From positions 320,001 to 384,000 of the forward strand of contig JAUVNS010000001.1 in assembly GCA_030599585.1 (NCBI GenBank): a stretch of 64,000 nt of DNA. Reading direction: 5' to 3'. The position numbers and the translations under genes are program-made. This document shows, piece after piece, positions 50,432-59,871 of this stretch. Each line of letters begins with the position of its first letter. The stretch's first letter is position 1. This DNA comes from Promethearchaeota archaeon (GTDB taxonomy: Archaea; Asgardarchaeota; Lokiarchaeia; Sigyniarchaeales; SOKP01). Below the pieces are notes generated by a model that saw nothing but the letters and a program-made list of their open reading frames with translations, was not told the DNA's origin and made no database searches.

Positions 50432-50608
50432 AATTCATTCACTTTTTCAATTGATTTTAACTATTAATTTCTTTAATTTATGCTTATGATTTTAGATATA
50501 CAATTATTCCCTTTAATTTATCGTTAATATTTTGAAAAGGCTTACGTGCTTTCAATTATATTTCAGTTCAATTTATCAAGATTTAATTATAAAATCTAAA
50601 TCATTTTA

Positions 50609-50622
50609 TGAATAATTATTCT
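50609..50622. promoter_or_regulatory. Palindromic operator, site 5 (TGAATAATTATTCT)
   Basis: In the divergent mrp / nifX intergenic region. Confidence 0.6.
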
Positions 50623-50800
50623 TTATTAAATAATTTTTCCCTCATAATATTTAAGGAATTGGCATAGAAATTTATTTGGAATCTGAGGTTGAATATATAG
50701 TTGAATATATAATAATTTTTTAAATTTTTAGTTAATTATTCAAGTTAGTTAAGTATAAATCAAATTATGTTTAAGAATAGTATATAGAGGTTACACTAAA

Positions 50801-51187
50801 ATGGAAATAATAGCAATACCGACTTTTAGGGATGGGGGATTAAATGAAAAAGTCCACCCCAAATTTGGAATGTGCGAGAGTTTTACTTTCATTACATTAG
50901 ATAATAATGAAATTACGCAAGTTAAAGTAATTGAAAATTCTGCGGCTGAAGAAACTCGAAGTAGAGGAACTTTGGCAGCTAAAATTGTTAGAAATAATGG
51001 CGCCGAAAAGTTGATTGTTAAGAAGTTGGGGCCAAATGCTTCCAGGGCACTAAACTCAGTAAAGGTTAAAACATACCAATCTCCTGATGGAAGCATACTC
51101 GTAAAAGATTTAGTAGCTCTTTACTCAAAGGGAAAATTAAAAATAACTCCGGCAGAAGATCTTATATTTGATAAAGATTTAGCGTAA
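50801..51187 (+). CDS. NifB/NifX-family protein
   Basis: FGMCESFTF, IEN and LGPNA motifs. Confidence 0.85.
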   Translation: MEIIAIPTFRDGGLNEKVHPKFGMCESFTFITLDNNEITQVKVIENSAAEETRSRGTLAAKIVRNNGAEKLIVKKLGPNASRALNSVKVKTYQSPDGSILVKDLVALYSKGKLKITPAEDLIFDKDLA

Positions 51188-51335
51188 ACTCTAATCCTTT
51201 GTGGAATTTTTATAGAGTGCTCCTTTTTTTTAAATCAGAAACTAATAAATTGCATTTTTAAGAAAACAAGTTGGTAATCCTTCTGAGTTTTACGAAGAAT
51301 GTTTATAAGTTATTTGTTCTTCGTGATAATTATTT

Positions 51336-51349
51336 AGAATAATTATTCA
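51336..51349. promoter_or_regulatory. Palindromic operator, site 6 (AGAATAATTATTCA)
   Basis: Downstream of TTTATAAG, upstream of the nifX-ATPase-ATPase operon. Confidence 0.65.
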
Positions 51350-51409
51350 TAAAACTTAAATTCTAATAAAATTTAGTTTACTCATACTTTAAATGGTGAT
51401 ATATAAAAA

Positions 51410-51850
51410 ATGGTAATAATAGGTATTCCTACTTTTGGAAATCAAGGCTTGAAAGAGGTTATGAATCAACGTTTTGGAAGGTGCAGCAGCTTCACATTTG
51501 TTACAATTGAGAATAACGAAATAGTAGAAGTTAAATCAGTTGCGAATGATGCGCAGGGTGCAATGGGTGGTGCGGGAATTGCAGCAGCTCAGGTCATTGG
51601 TAATAACGGAGCCACAGAGGTCATTGTAGGAAATTTAGGTCCTAACGCAATGAATTCTTTAAGCGCTTTAAATTTTAAAGTTTATCAATCACCGGGTGGA
51701 AGTTTAACCGTGAAAGAATTGATAGATTTACGTTTAAGTGATAAATTGTCAGTTCTTACATCTTCAAATGTTGGAGCTCACGCAGGTATGGGCGGTGGAC
51801 GAGGCGCAGGCATGGGTGGCGGTGGCGGTAGAGGTAGAGGTAGACAATAA
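51410..51850 (+). CDS. NifB/NifX-family protein with Gly/Arg tail
   Basis: RFGRC, GGAGI.AAQ, GNLGPNA, GMGGGRG tail. Confidence 0.88.
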   Translation: MVIIGIPTFGNQGLKEVMNQRFGRCSSFTFVTIENNEIVEVKSVANDAQGAMGGAGIAAAQVIGNNGATEVIVGNLGPNAMNSLSALNFKVYQSPGGSLTVKELIDLRLSDKLSVLTSSNVGAHAGMGGGRGAGMGGGGGRGRGRQ

Positions 51851-51906
51851 TTTTAATTAAGTAAAAACAATTTAAACACCTTAGTTAATAAGAAGCAAGA
51901 TTAAAA

Positions 51907-52824
51907 ATGGTCAAACCTAAAATTATTTGTGTTACAGGTGGCAAGGGCGGGACGGGGAAAACATTAGTAGCCGTGAATTTGGCAATAATGTTTAAAAACA
52001 GAGGATATAAAGTACTTCTTATCGACGGAGATGTTGAGAACCCTAATACTTTTTTATTATTAAGCGCAAAACTTAAAAACAAATCGGAAGTCCTTTATTT
52101 CCTACCTAAAATAATAGAAGATAAATGTAATAAGTGTGGGCTGTGCGCAGAAAATTGTGGAACACACGCACTATTATATATAAAAGATTCCTATCCAATT
52201 CCTATATCAGCTGTTTGCTCAGGATGCAAATTATGCTATAAAATTTGTCCAACTAACGCCATTGAACCGGACTTAAAAGTTATTGGATGGACTTATACAG
52301 CTTCCGCATTTAATATAGATCTTTTTTTAGGCGAATTAAAGCCATCCGAAGCGCGCTCAGCCGTGATTGTAAATAAACTGATGGAGAATTTAGAAGAGGT
52401 TATAGAAAAAGAGCCAGAAAAATACGACATCGTTATATTGGATACAGCGCCTGGAGCTCATTGCGACGTAGAAGAATTAATTAATGGAGCAGATTTTGTC
52501 ATACCAGTTACAGAGCCCACGAGGTTCGGAAAGCTCGATTTATTGAGAATTATAGAATTGATTAATTTATTGAAAAAAGAATACAAGGCTATTGTGAATC
52601 GATCATCGCTGCTTGGGTATAAGGAGAAATTTTTAAAAGAATTAGAAGAAAAGGGTGTAGAAGTTTTAGGTGACATTCCTTTAGACGAAGAAATAGTGAG
52701 TTCGTATTGTCAAGGGATTCCTTTAATGGAAGAAACAAGCAAATTTGATAGGGATGGAGCTGGCTACAAATCGTTCAAGCAAATTTTTGAGAATCTAATG
52801 GAGTGGGGTGAATTTTCAAATTGA
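51907..52824 (+). CDS. MinD-like P-loop ATPase with ferredoxin insert (COG1149-like)
   Basis: GGKGGTGKT, DGDVENPN, two CxxCxxC motifs, DTAPG..C, VTEPT. Confidence 0.9.
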   Translation: MVKPKIICVTGGKGGTGKTLVAVNLAIMFKNRGYKVLLIDGDVENPNTFLLLSAKLKNKSEVLYFLPKIIEDKCNKCGLCAENCGTHALLYIKDSYPIPISAVCSGCKLCYKICPTNAIEPDLKVIGWTYTASAFNIDLFLGELKPSEARSAVIVNKLMENLEEVIEKEPEKYDIVILDTAPGAHCDVEELINGADFVIPVTEPTRFGKLDLLRIIELINLLKKEYKAIVNRSSLLGYKEKFLKELEEKGVEVLGDIPLDEEIVSSYCQGIPLMEETSKFDRDGAGYKSFKQIFENLMEWGEFSN

Positions 52825-53744
52825 ATAGAAAGAAGATTGCCGTTATCTCTGGAAAAGGAGGAGTAGGAAAAACCTCCCTCGTAGCTTCGTTAGCTAGTTT
52901 AGCTCACAAAGATCATGACGTTAATCTAATAGTATTAGATTGCGATGTTGATGCCCCTAATTTAGCCCTAATATTACCAGCTAAGGCTAAGGAAGATGTA
53001 GAAACCCAAGATATGTATACTACAAAAAAAGCCACATTCTTAGGGGATAAATGCACACAATGCAAGCAATGTTATGACGAGCATTTTTGTGAGTTTAACG
53101 CGTTAAATTGGGACGAGAATAATAATATTCCTAGTATCGATTATTTAGCGTGTGAAGGGTGTGGGGCCTGTAAAGTTTTATGCCCTGAAAATGCTTTTGA
53201 AATTAATCCAGTTAAAAGCGGAGAAATAATATCTTATGAAACCAGTAGCGAATTACCTTTAATTTATGGAATAACTAAATTGGGAAGCACCACTTCTGGG
53301 TTATTGGTTTCAGAGGTTAAGGAACACGCCAATCATCTCGAAAAATATGAAGATGCAAACCTGATTCTAATTGACGGTCCACCAGGAATAGGATGCCCCG
53401 TAATTGCTACAGTTTCTGGTTTAGACTATGTAGTTGCAATAACAGAGCCAACACCTTCAGGAATACACGATTTAAAACGAGCACTTGAAATGGTTACCCA
53501 GTTTAACATTCCTTTCGGGATTGTCATAAATAAAGCAGATTTAAAAAGCGCGTCCCAAAAACAATTAAACAGCTACATTAAAAAATCGAGTCATGAAATT
53601 TTAGGCAAAATTAACTTCGATCTGTCTATCCCGGAAGCAATGTCCTACGCAAAACCTGTTGTAGATTACGCACCCGAATCAGACGCTAGTCAAGCAATTA
53701 ACAGAATATACACAAAACTAAAACACATTCTCTCAAAATTATAA
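52821..53744 (+). CDS. MinD-like P-loop ATPase with ferredoxin insert (COG1149-like), second paralog
   Basis: SGKGGVGKT, DCDVDAPN, CEGCGACKVLCP, DGPPGIGCP, TEPT. Confidence 0.9.
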   Translation: MNRKKIAVISGKGGVGKTSLVASLASLAHKDHDVNLIVLDCDVDAPNLALILPAKAKEDVETQDMYTTKKATFLGDKCTQCKQCYDEHFCEFNALNWDENNNIPSIDYLACEGCGACKVLCPENAFEINPVKSGEIISYETSSELPLIYGITKLGSTTSGLLVSEVKEHANHLEKYEDANLILIDGPPGIGCPVIATVSGLDYVVAITEPTPSGIHDLKRALEMVTQFNIPFGIVINKADLKSASQKQLNSYIKKSSHEILGKINFDLSIPEAMSYAKPVVDYAPESDASQAINRIYTKLKHILSKL

Positions 53745-53788
53745 TAAAACTAAAAAAAAAAAGATGGATTTAAATTAAAATTATTTTT

Positions 53789-55219
53789 TTATGCGAATCC
53801 AAGTTCTTGGAGCTTTTTCTTATTTTCCATCCATATTTGTGGTGTAATTGGGTAAAATTTCCAATATATTAAAAGACAGAAGATTAAGATTATTGCAGGG
53901 ATAAGACTCATATGCAGACGGATTCCTATTTGCGCAGCAGGAGATTGTGTTGATGCACCTTCAACAAAACCAGTAATCACATGCACAATTGTAAATATAG
54001 CAATTTGAGCAGCTCGAGCGAAACGAGACAAGAACGCTGAAATGCCTACAGTTGTACCCCTATTTGGTGATTTAGTTAATAATACTCTCTCATCAAGAAC
54101 ATCTGAGAAGTATATTGTCATTAAAGTCCAAAAGTTTCCCATAGTAAAACCCAAAATGAACTGATATATCATAGAATCCCATATACCAACGTAAAATGTG
54201 GTTAAAAAACCTCCTACAATTAGACAAACCCCACCTATTAATGCCGTTTTCTTATTATTTTTAACTTTTTTTGCGACCCATATCCAAAAGGGAACTGATA
54301 CAAGAGCACCATTTAAAAACAGTGCGAATAAAAGTATCATGTTAACTTCAACGCCAAAGGGTGGTCCAGGTAATACAAAGTTGACAGCATAAGGTATGGA
54401 AGCTGTTAAAGACCCCGTCACCAATTGAAATCCAAAAAACAAAATAATATAGTAGACAAAGCTTTTCTGTTTTAAGGTTGATTTTAAGGCAGCTACAAAG
54501 CTTTGAGGCTTCTCTTTACTGATGTAATATCTCTCAATCATTTCTTTATTCTCACGCATTCCAGGGAGCATTATTAGAGAAATCGGAACTATTGTGAAAA
54601 CAATAAGCATTATCATTGGTAAATAAGCTGCTTGATTGTCTATTCCGCCAAAAAGACCAAGGATTATTGGAGGGACTATATTTGCAACGGGCAAAGCTAA
54701 CATGGAAAGGGGAGTTCCCCAACCTCTAGCTTTTCTACGGGCTTTATCAGTCCGAAATTTATCAACAAAAAGTCCTTCTACATTAACAAAACAGATCGTG
54801 TAAAGAGAATCGAATAAAACAGTTGTAAATACAATCCACCAAAAAAAGGGCATTGGATCTGTCGCGGGATTACCAGCGGGAGGCATAAATACGAGAGCAA
54901 GGACAAAATTTGCGGGGATTATACCAATTACTATCCAAATGAATCGTTTTCCAATCTTTCGTGTATATTTCGTTATTCGATCTGTAAGGTGACCAAGTAG
55001 AGGGTCATTTATTGCATCCCAGACTGTGAAGATGAGCATTGCCAAAAACACATATATGATATTTAAGCCAACAACACTCTCGTAAAAGAACATTAGATAT
55101 GCATTAAACACTCCATATGCTAACATACTCCAGAAACCAGCTGATCCGTAAGAAATCGTATTAAGTAATGAGGGTTCTTTATATTCGGTAATAGATGTTT
55201 CTTCTTTTGTTTCATTCAT
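53789..55219 (-). CDS. GPH/MFS_2 (MelB-like) sugar transporter
   Basis: WDAINDPLLGHLTDR..GKR; 12 TM; C-terminal YPIT. Confidence 0.88.
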   Translation of the reverse strand: MNETKEETSITEYKEPSLLNTISYGSAGFWSMLAYGVFNAYLMFFYESVVGLNIIYVFLAMLIFTVWDAINDPLLGHLTDRITKYTRKIGKRFIWIVIGIIPANFVLALVFMPPAGNPATDPMPFFWWIVFTTVLFDSLYTICFVNVEGLFVDKFRTDKARRKARGWGTPLSMLALPVANIVPPIILGLFGGIDNQAAYLPMIMLIVFTIVPISLIMLPGMRENKEMIERYYISKEKPQSFVAALKSTLKQKSFVYYIILFFGFQLVTGSLTASIPYAVNFVLPGPPFGVEVNMILLFALFLNGALVSVPFWIWVAKKVKNNKKTALIGGVCLIVGGFLTTFYVGIWDSMIYQFILGFTMGNFWTLMTIYFSDVLDERVLLTKSPNRGTTVGISAFLSRFARAAQIAIFTIVHVITGFVEGASTQSPAAQIGIRLHMSLIPAIILIFCLLIYWKFYPITPQIWMENKKKLQELGFA

Positions 55220-55403
55220 TCATGAATCACTTTTTTTTAATCATTTTTTTTTTAAATTATAAATTCAGAACAAACTATAATTTACCAACCTTTTATATAA
55301 AGATTCCTTATCGAGAAAAATTTGATGAGATTAAATTGTGCTATTTTTAAATAAAAAAGAATGAATTAGTGTTATTTTTAAGGAAAAAAAAAATAATTCG
55401 ATT

Positions 55404-56246
55404 TTAATAAATTTTAGGCTTTGCTGGCGGATTTCCTAACATTTCTGAGGTCAATTGTTGGAAATTATCGAAATGTCCTGGTAAGGTTTTTTGAACAAAA
55501 AAGGCTTCAGCTGCTTTTATATCCATTTTATTTCCGATTGCTGTCGCCATTGAACGATAAAGTCTATTTGCGTATTTTGTAAGTTTTCTAAGTTCATCTG
55601 GAGATACATTGGCAGGATCGATTTTGGGGGCGAATAATTTTGCTAGAAGTTCAAGAGTGGCTTCAAATTTTAAAGCTGCTTCTATTTTTTTTTCTAAAGT
55701 TGAGCTAATATCAACAAAATAATTAGGTTTATGACCGAGTAGCCCCATAAACCAAACTTCTGAACATTCATAGGGTTCTACGCCCTTTTTAATTTGATCA
55801 GTATAAAGGAGCGGAAACGCTGCAAATGCTGCTGCTTCGGCTGCCATTCGTCCTACTATTAAATGATCGGGATGAACTTCATAAGCAACCCATGGATCAA
55901 ATGTTACTACTCGATCTGCTTTTAACTTTCTAACAAAATAAACGAGCTTTTCTCGTAATTCGGGACCATTAATAAATCCCGCATCGGGGTAATCAAGAAT
56001 TATAGTTTCTTTTACTCCAATTATTTCGTTCGCGGCTTTTAATTCTTTTTCCCGAGTAGCGGCAACTTGTTCCTTTGTTAAATCTCGCCTTAATGTTCCC
56101 ACTTCGCCGCTAGTACAACATAACGCATATATATTGTGTCCCTCTTCTGCCCATCTTGCTAGCGTCCCGGCACAAAATATAGAAAGATCGTCTGGGTGGG
56201 CAAATATCGCAACAATATTCAAATTTTTAGATTCTATTTTAATCAC
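55404..56246 (-). CDS. PIG-L/LmbE-family N-deacetylase
   Basis: AHPDD, T.GE.G, R..E and HPDH motifs. Confidence 0.9.
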   Translation of the reverse strand: MIKIESKNLNIVAIFAHPDDLSIFCAGTLARWAEEGHNIYALCCTSGEVGTLRRDLTKEQVAATREKELKAANEIIGVKETIILDYPDAGFINGPELREKLVYFVRKLKADRVVTFDPWVAYEVHPDHLIVGRMAAEAAAFAAFPLLYTDQIKKGVEPYECSEVWFMGLLGHKPNYFVDISSTLEKKIEAALKFEATLELLAKLFAPKIDPANVSPDELRKLTKYANRLYRSMATAIGNKMDIKAAEAFFVQKTLPGHFDNFQQLTSEMLGNPPAKPKIY

Positions 56247-56281
56247 CTATGGTTATTATAATTTAAAAACCTCTTATAAGG

Positions 56282-57709
56282 TTATTTTGAAAGATTTCTT
56301 TTCGCATCTTCAATTATTTTCTCAAGATCGTTTCTAACATCGTCATCTAAAGGTGTTGGCTCGTGGTTTGCAAGGAGCTCTTCTTTGCGATTACGACATC
56401 GTTTTTCCATGTCAGTAGAATCCGCTTTTAGCCAAATATCGTAATTTTCCCTATCTAAAAGAGTGGGAAACCACAGTTCTTTCCTAATGTTTTTTGCTGT
56501 ATGACGTTTGTTTAGAAAAGATCCTTTGGGTCCAACCTCATTAATGAGATCGGTAGCAAAAGTTTCGTCATCGAAGTTTAATAATCTATTAGTGCTTTCT
56601 AAATACGAAATGATTTCTGATTGCATGATCAGAATATCTAACGAAGTTCCCTGGTCCGCTCCACAGATTCCCATGTGCCCAAATATGTCTGCTCCGGAAG
56701 AAATCCCTAACGAAAGAGTAATCCCACTCTCAAGTCCGGCTTGAGCGTCTGGTCTTTTAGAATCTGTCAGTCCAGCATTAATATAGACTGGTAGTCCATA
56801 ATATTTACCTATCTGACTCATTGCAACGGAAAATATCGCTTGTTCAGGACCTCCAAAAATAATTTGGGTGTCCCTCATATCAAACGCATGACATATTCCA
56901 CCATAACAAACGGGCATTCCTTCGCGAATAAGTTGAGTAATGCAAATTGCCGCCAAAATTTCGGCGTTTTCTTGAGCTAAAGTCCCAGCAACAGTAGCTG
57001 GTGCGGAAATCCCCATTTGAGCCATTGGACCGATGTGCACAGGTAAATTGAGTCGAGCAGTCTCAAAAAGTAGATCTATCCCGTTAAAGGGAAAACTTAA
57101 GGGACTAATGGGTTCAAAGAGGGGGTAGAATAAAGGATATTTCTGAGCACTTTTGACATCCCCTCTAAGAACTACAAGAAGATCGATGAGATATTTTGCT
57201 GACTGTCTGTCAGTAAACCAAAATGTGATAGGTTTATTAGTGTTTTTTATCATTTCAAAAGCTACTTGTATACTACGCCACTTCAGAGGAATTTCAAGCG
57301 GATCTGACATGGCACCGGGGATTGTTATTTGTTCTAAGGCATCACCAAGCCTAGTAGCTTCTGTAACATCGTTAAGAGTTGTATGTCTTCTTTGATCGCC
57401 TACATTATCTATCCAAAACGCTTGACCCGCCGAAGAATTATAATTGCGCTTTCCTACTCCAAATTCTGCTTTTTTAGAAAGATCGCGACCATACATCGTG
57501 AAGGTTTTTCCGGCTTTCGAAATAAGTTCCATAACTAAACTGGGAGGAATTTTCACTAGATTCATTTTATGGTCCACAATTGCGCCACAACCTTCAAATT
57601 TTGTTAAAATTTCTTCGTGGGGCACATTCACGCCAGTATTTTCAAGGATCTCCAGAGTTTTCAGATGGACTTTTTCAATTTGGTGATCTTCTAGTATTTT
57701 AACTTGCAT
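56282..57709 (-). CDS. MttB-superfamily corrinoid methyltransferase (non-pyrrolysine)
   Basis: PISPL, APATVAGTLAQENAEILA, TDSKRPDAQAG, EVGPKGSFL..HT; no in-frame amber codon. Confidence 0.9.
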   Translation of the reverse strand: MQVKILEDHQIEKVHLKTLEILENTGVNVPHEEILTKFEGCGAIVDHKMNLVKIPPSLVMELISKAGKTFTMYGRDLSKKAEFGVGKRNYNSSAGQAFWIDNVGDQRRHTTLNDVTEATRLGDALEQITIPGAMSDPLEIPLKWRSIQVAFEMIKNTNKPITFWFTDRQSAKYLIDLLVVLRGDVKSAQKYPLFYPLFEPISPLSFPFNGIDLLFETARLNLPVHIGPMAQMGISAPATVAGTLAQENAEILAAICITQLIREGMPVCYGGICHAFDMRDTQIIFGGPEQAIFSVAMSQIGKYYGLPVYINAGLTDSKRPDAQAGLESGITLSLGISSGADIFGHMGICGADQGTSLDILIMQSEIISYLESTNRLLNFDDETFATDLINEVGPKGSFLNKRHTAKNIRKELWFPTLLDRENYDIWLKADSTDMEKRCRNRKEELLANHEPTPLDDDVRNDLEKIIEDAKRNLSK

Positions 57710-57889
57710 CTATACTCACTATTAATATTATTTTGAAAGGATAAAACAAGTTTCAGTTAATATTAACACTATTTGTTTTCAACTTTAAATACTTTTAATG
57801 TTTGAAAATAAGTAATTTTAAATGATGTTCATCAAAATGTAAGATAACGTACATTTACTATTAAAGAAATTAAGGATATAGCACTGATT

Positions 57890-59173
57890 ATGACGCCTAA
57901 AATTGGAGTAATCCTCCTTGGTTTTGGGGAACCACCGGAGTACAACGAACACACATATTACTCGTTCCGTAATCTCGGAAAGAGCCTTATCGATATGGGT
58001 ATTATTCCTAAGATTGTCTTGAAATCAAAAAGAGGGACCATTCTAATGGAACGAAATAATATCTTTTCTGAGGAACCCCATCCAGAACCAGATCTGATAG
58101 ACGCATGGCTGAAACCACATACTGAATTTACTGAGTTTGTTCCATCACGTGAAAAGCTCTTTAGACTCATTACGGCTCCACGAAAAGCTCATTATCTTCT
58201 CAAGGGAATGGAACCCGGTCGGAATGAGCCCGATTTCTATCAATTTTATGGTTTTGCGATCTGCCGAAAATGGCTTATAATGGACAATCACTCTCCATTT
58301 TATGAACACACCCAACCCCAGAAAATTGAGGTTAAACAACGGTTGGAAAAAAAGTATGGTGATCAATTCTTAATTAGATTTGCCTATGGTAACGATCCAT
58401 TTCCCGAGAAAAAAATACAATCCCCTCATCTTGTAGTTAAGGAATTAATCAATGATGGATGCGAACTAATAGCTGTAGCTGAACATTTTCATGTAATCTC
58501 AGATTCAATGTCTAAACATTATTGTCGTCAATCGGTATTAGATGGAATTCATCAAACTGGAAGTCAGATCCCTGTAGTATTCGCGGATCAGATCGGTGAC
58601 CATAAAGAATTGATTCGGGGTATTGTCCTCAAAGTTAAAGAAGAACTTTCGGCAGTGAAGCAAGGTATTGATGTAGCAATTTTCCTTTCTAACCATGGAT
58701 TCCCTATCACCAAGGTTGGTCATTACGATGCGGGATCCGATTGTTATCACAAAAATAATAAAAAGGTTTTTGAGAGTACTGAAGAAGCAATCCAAAAAAA
58801 TATTGAATGGTCTGGCAGACTCAAAGTAATACAAGTTTTTGCTGAATACACTGAGGAGAAATATAATCCCGATGGAATCAAAACCTCACCTTTAGATGCA
58901 ATTAGGCATGTAGCTGCTGATGGTTTTCAGCAGGTAATTGATATTCCATACGAGTGGCCCGGAGACACCGTAGATACATTAATCAATCTCCGTTATGCCT
59001 ATGGGATCGATCCACCATATTGGGACGAAAATTTTGAGACTCGATTTGAGAGCAACGGTATTCCAATCAAGATATGCTCAGCACTTTTTCACACTGAGTG
59101 CCGTATCAAAGCTTATTTTGAAAGAGCTTGCGAAGCCGTGGATCAATGTATAATGCTACTAAAAGAAAGATAA
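57890..59173 (+). CDS. Divergent class II chelatase (ferrochelatase-like)
   Basis: IGVILLGFGEP, IFLSNHGFP and P...GDTVDTL match HemH-type motifs. Confidence 0.65.
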   Translation: MTPKIGVILLGFGEPPEYNEHTYYSFRNLGKSLIDMGIIPKIVLKSKRGTILMERNNIFSEEPHPEPDLIDAWLKPHTEFTEFVPSREKLFRLITAPRKAHYLLKGMEPGRNEPDFYQFYGFAICRKWLIMDNHSPFYEHTQPQKIEVKQRLEKKYGDQFLIRFAYGNDPFPEKKIQSPHLVVKELINDGCELIAVAEHFHVISDSMSKHYCRQSVLDGIHQTGSQIPVVFADQIGDHKELIRGIVLKVKEELSAVKQGIDVAIFLSNHGFPITKVGHYDAGSDCYHKNNKKVFESTEEAIQKNIEWSGRLKVIQVFAEYTEEKYNPDGIKTSPLDAIRHVAADGFQQVIDIPYEWPGDTVDTLINLRYAYGIDPPYWDENFETRFESNGIPIKICSALFHTECRIKAYFERACEAVDQCIMLLKER

Positions 59174-59368
59174 AATTTCATGTTATACTTTTAACCTTTA
59201 TAATTAACTGATCTAAATTTCCGCCAATATGTTGAGATGAGTAGTAGGAGCGGATTAATTTATATTCAATAATCTAAAGAAATTAATAAGTATCTAAATA
59301 TTATTCACTCGTGAGACTCTATATTAATTATACTTTTAAGGTGAATTAATTTACCAGTTCAAAACTTT

Positions 59369-59836
59369 ATGGAATTGTATAAATTTCTACCAAAAACCAA
59401 CTGCAAAAAATGCGGAAAGCCTACATGTATGGCGTTTAGTTTGGATTTATTGATGGGTAAAGTTAAAATCGACGATTGTCCTCCGCTTTTAGAATCAAAG
59501 TATAAAAAACAATACGATACACTAAAGGAAATTCTTGGTTCAGAAGAAGGGCAACAAAAGGAGCTAAAAATAAATATAGATGAGGATCTCTGCGATGGTT
59601 GTGGAATCTGTGTCACTGTTTGTCCCGTAAATGCAAGATACTGTCCATCAAGTTTAAGTGGTAAAGCTCCAGAATATCCTCCTGAAGAGCACCAGCTCTT
59701 TCAAGTAGTTGGAGGAAAATGTGAATTGTTAAAAATTGAACATTGTAGAAGGTTAGAATCGGGGGGAAGAGAAAGGGAGTGTCGAGTCTGTGAAACCTAT
59801 TGCCCTCGCGAAGCTGTTAAGATTGAATATGTTTAA
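59369..59836 (+). CDS. Fe-S protein (FeS domain plus 2x[4Fe-4S]) heading the fwd-like operon
   Basis: LPKTNCKKCGKPTCMAF..CP, CDGCGICVTVCP, CRVCETYCP. The frame may start at 59351. Confidence 0.85.
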   Translation: MELYKFLPKTNCKKCGKPTCMAFSLDLLMGKVKIDDCPPLLESKYKKQYDTLKEILGSEEGQQKELKINIDEDLCDGCGICVTVCPVNARYCPSSLSGKAPEYPPEEHQLFQVVGGKCELLKIEHCRRLESGGRERECRVCETYCPREAVKIEYV

Positions 59837-59871
59837 TTAGTGATTTACTAAAATTTATTGAGGAATTTGTT

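Noticed and set aside
42827-51850. Nitrogen fixation
   Set aside because: No nifH, nifD or nifK; stand-alone NifB/NifX domains are common in non-diazotrophic anaerobes.
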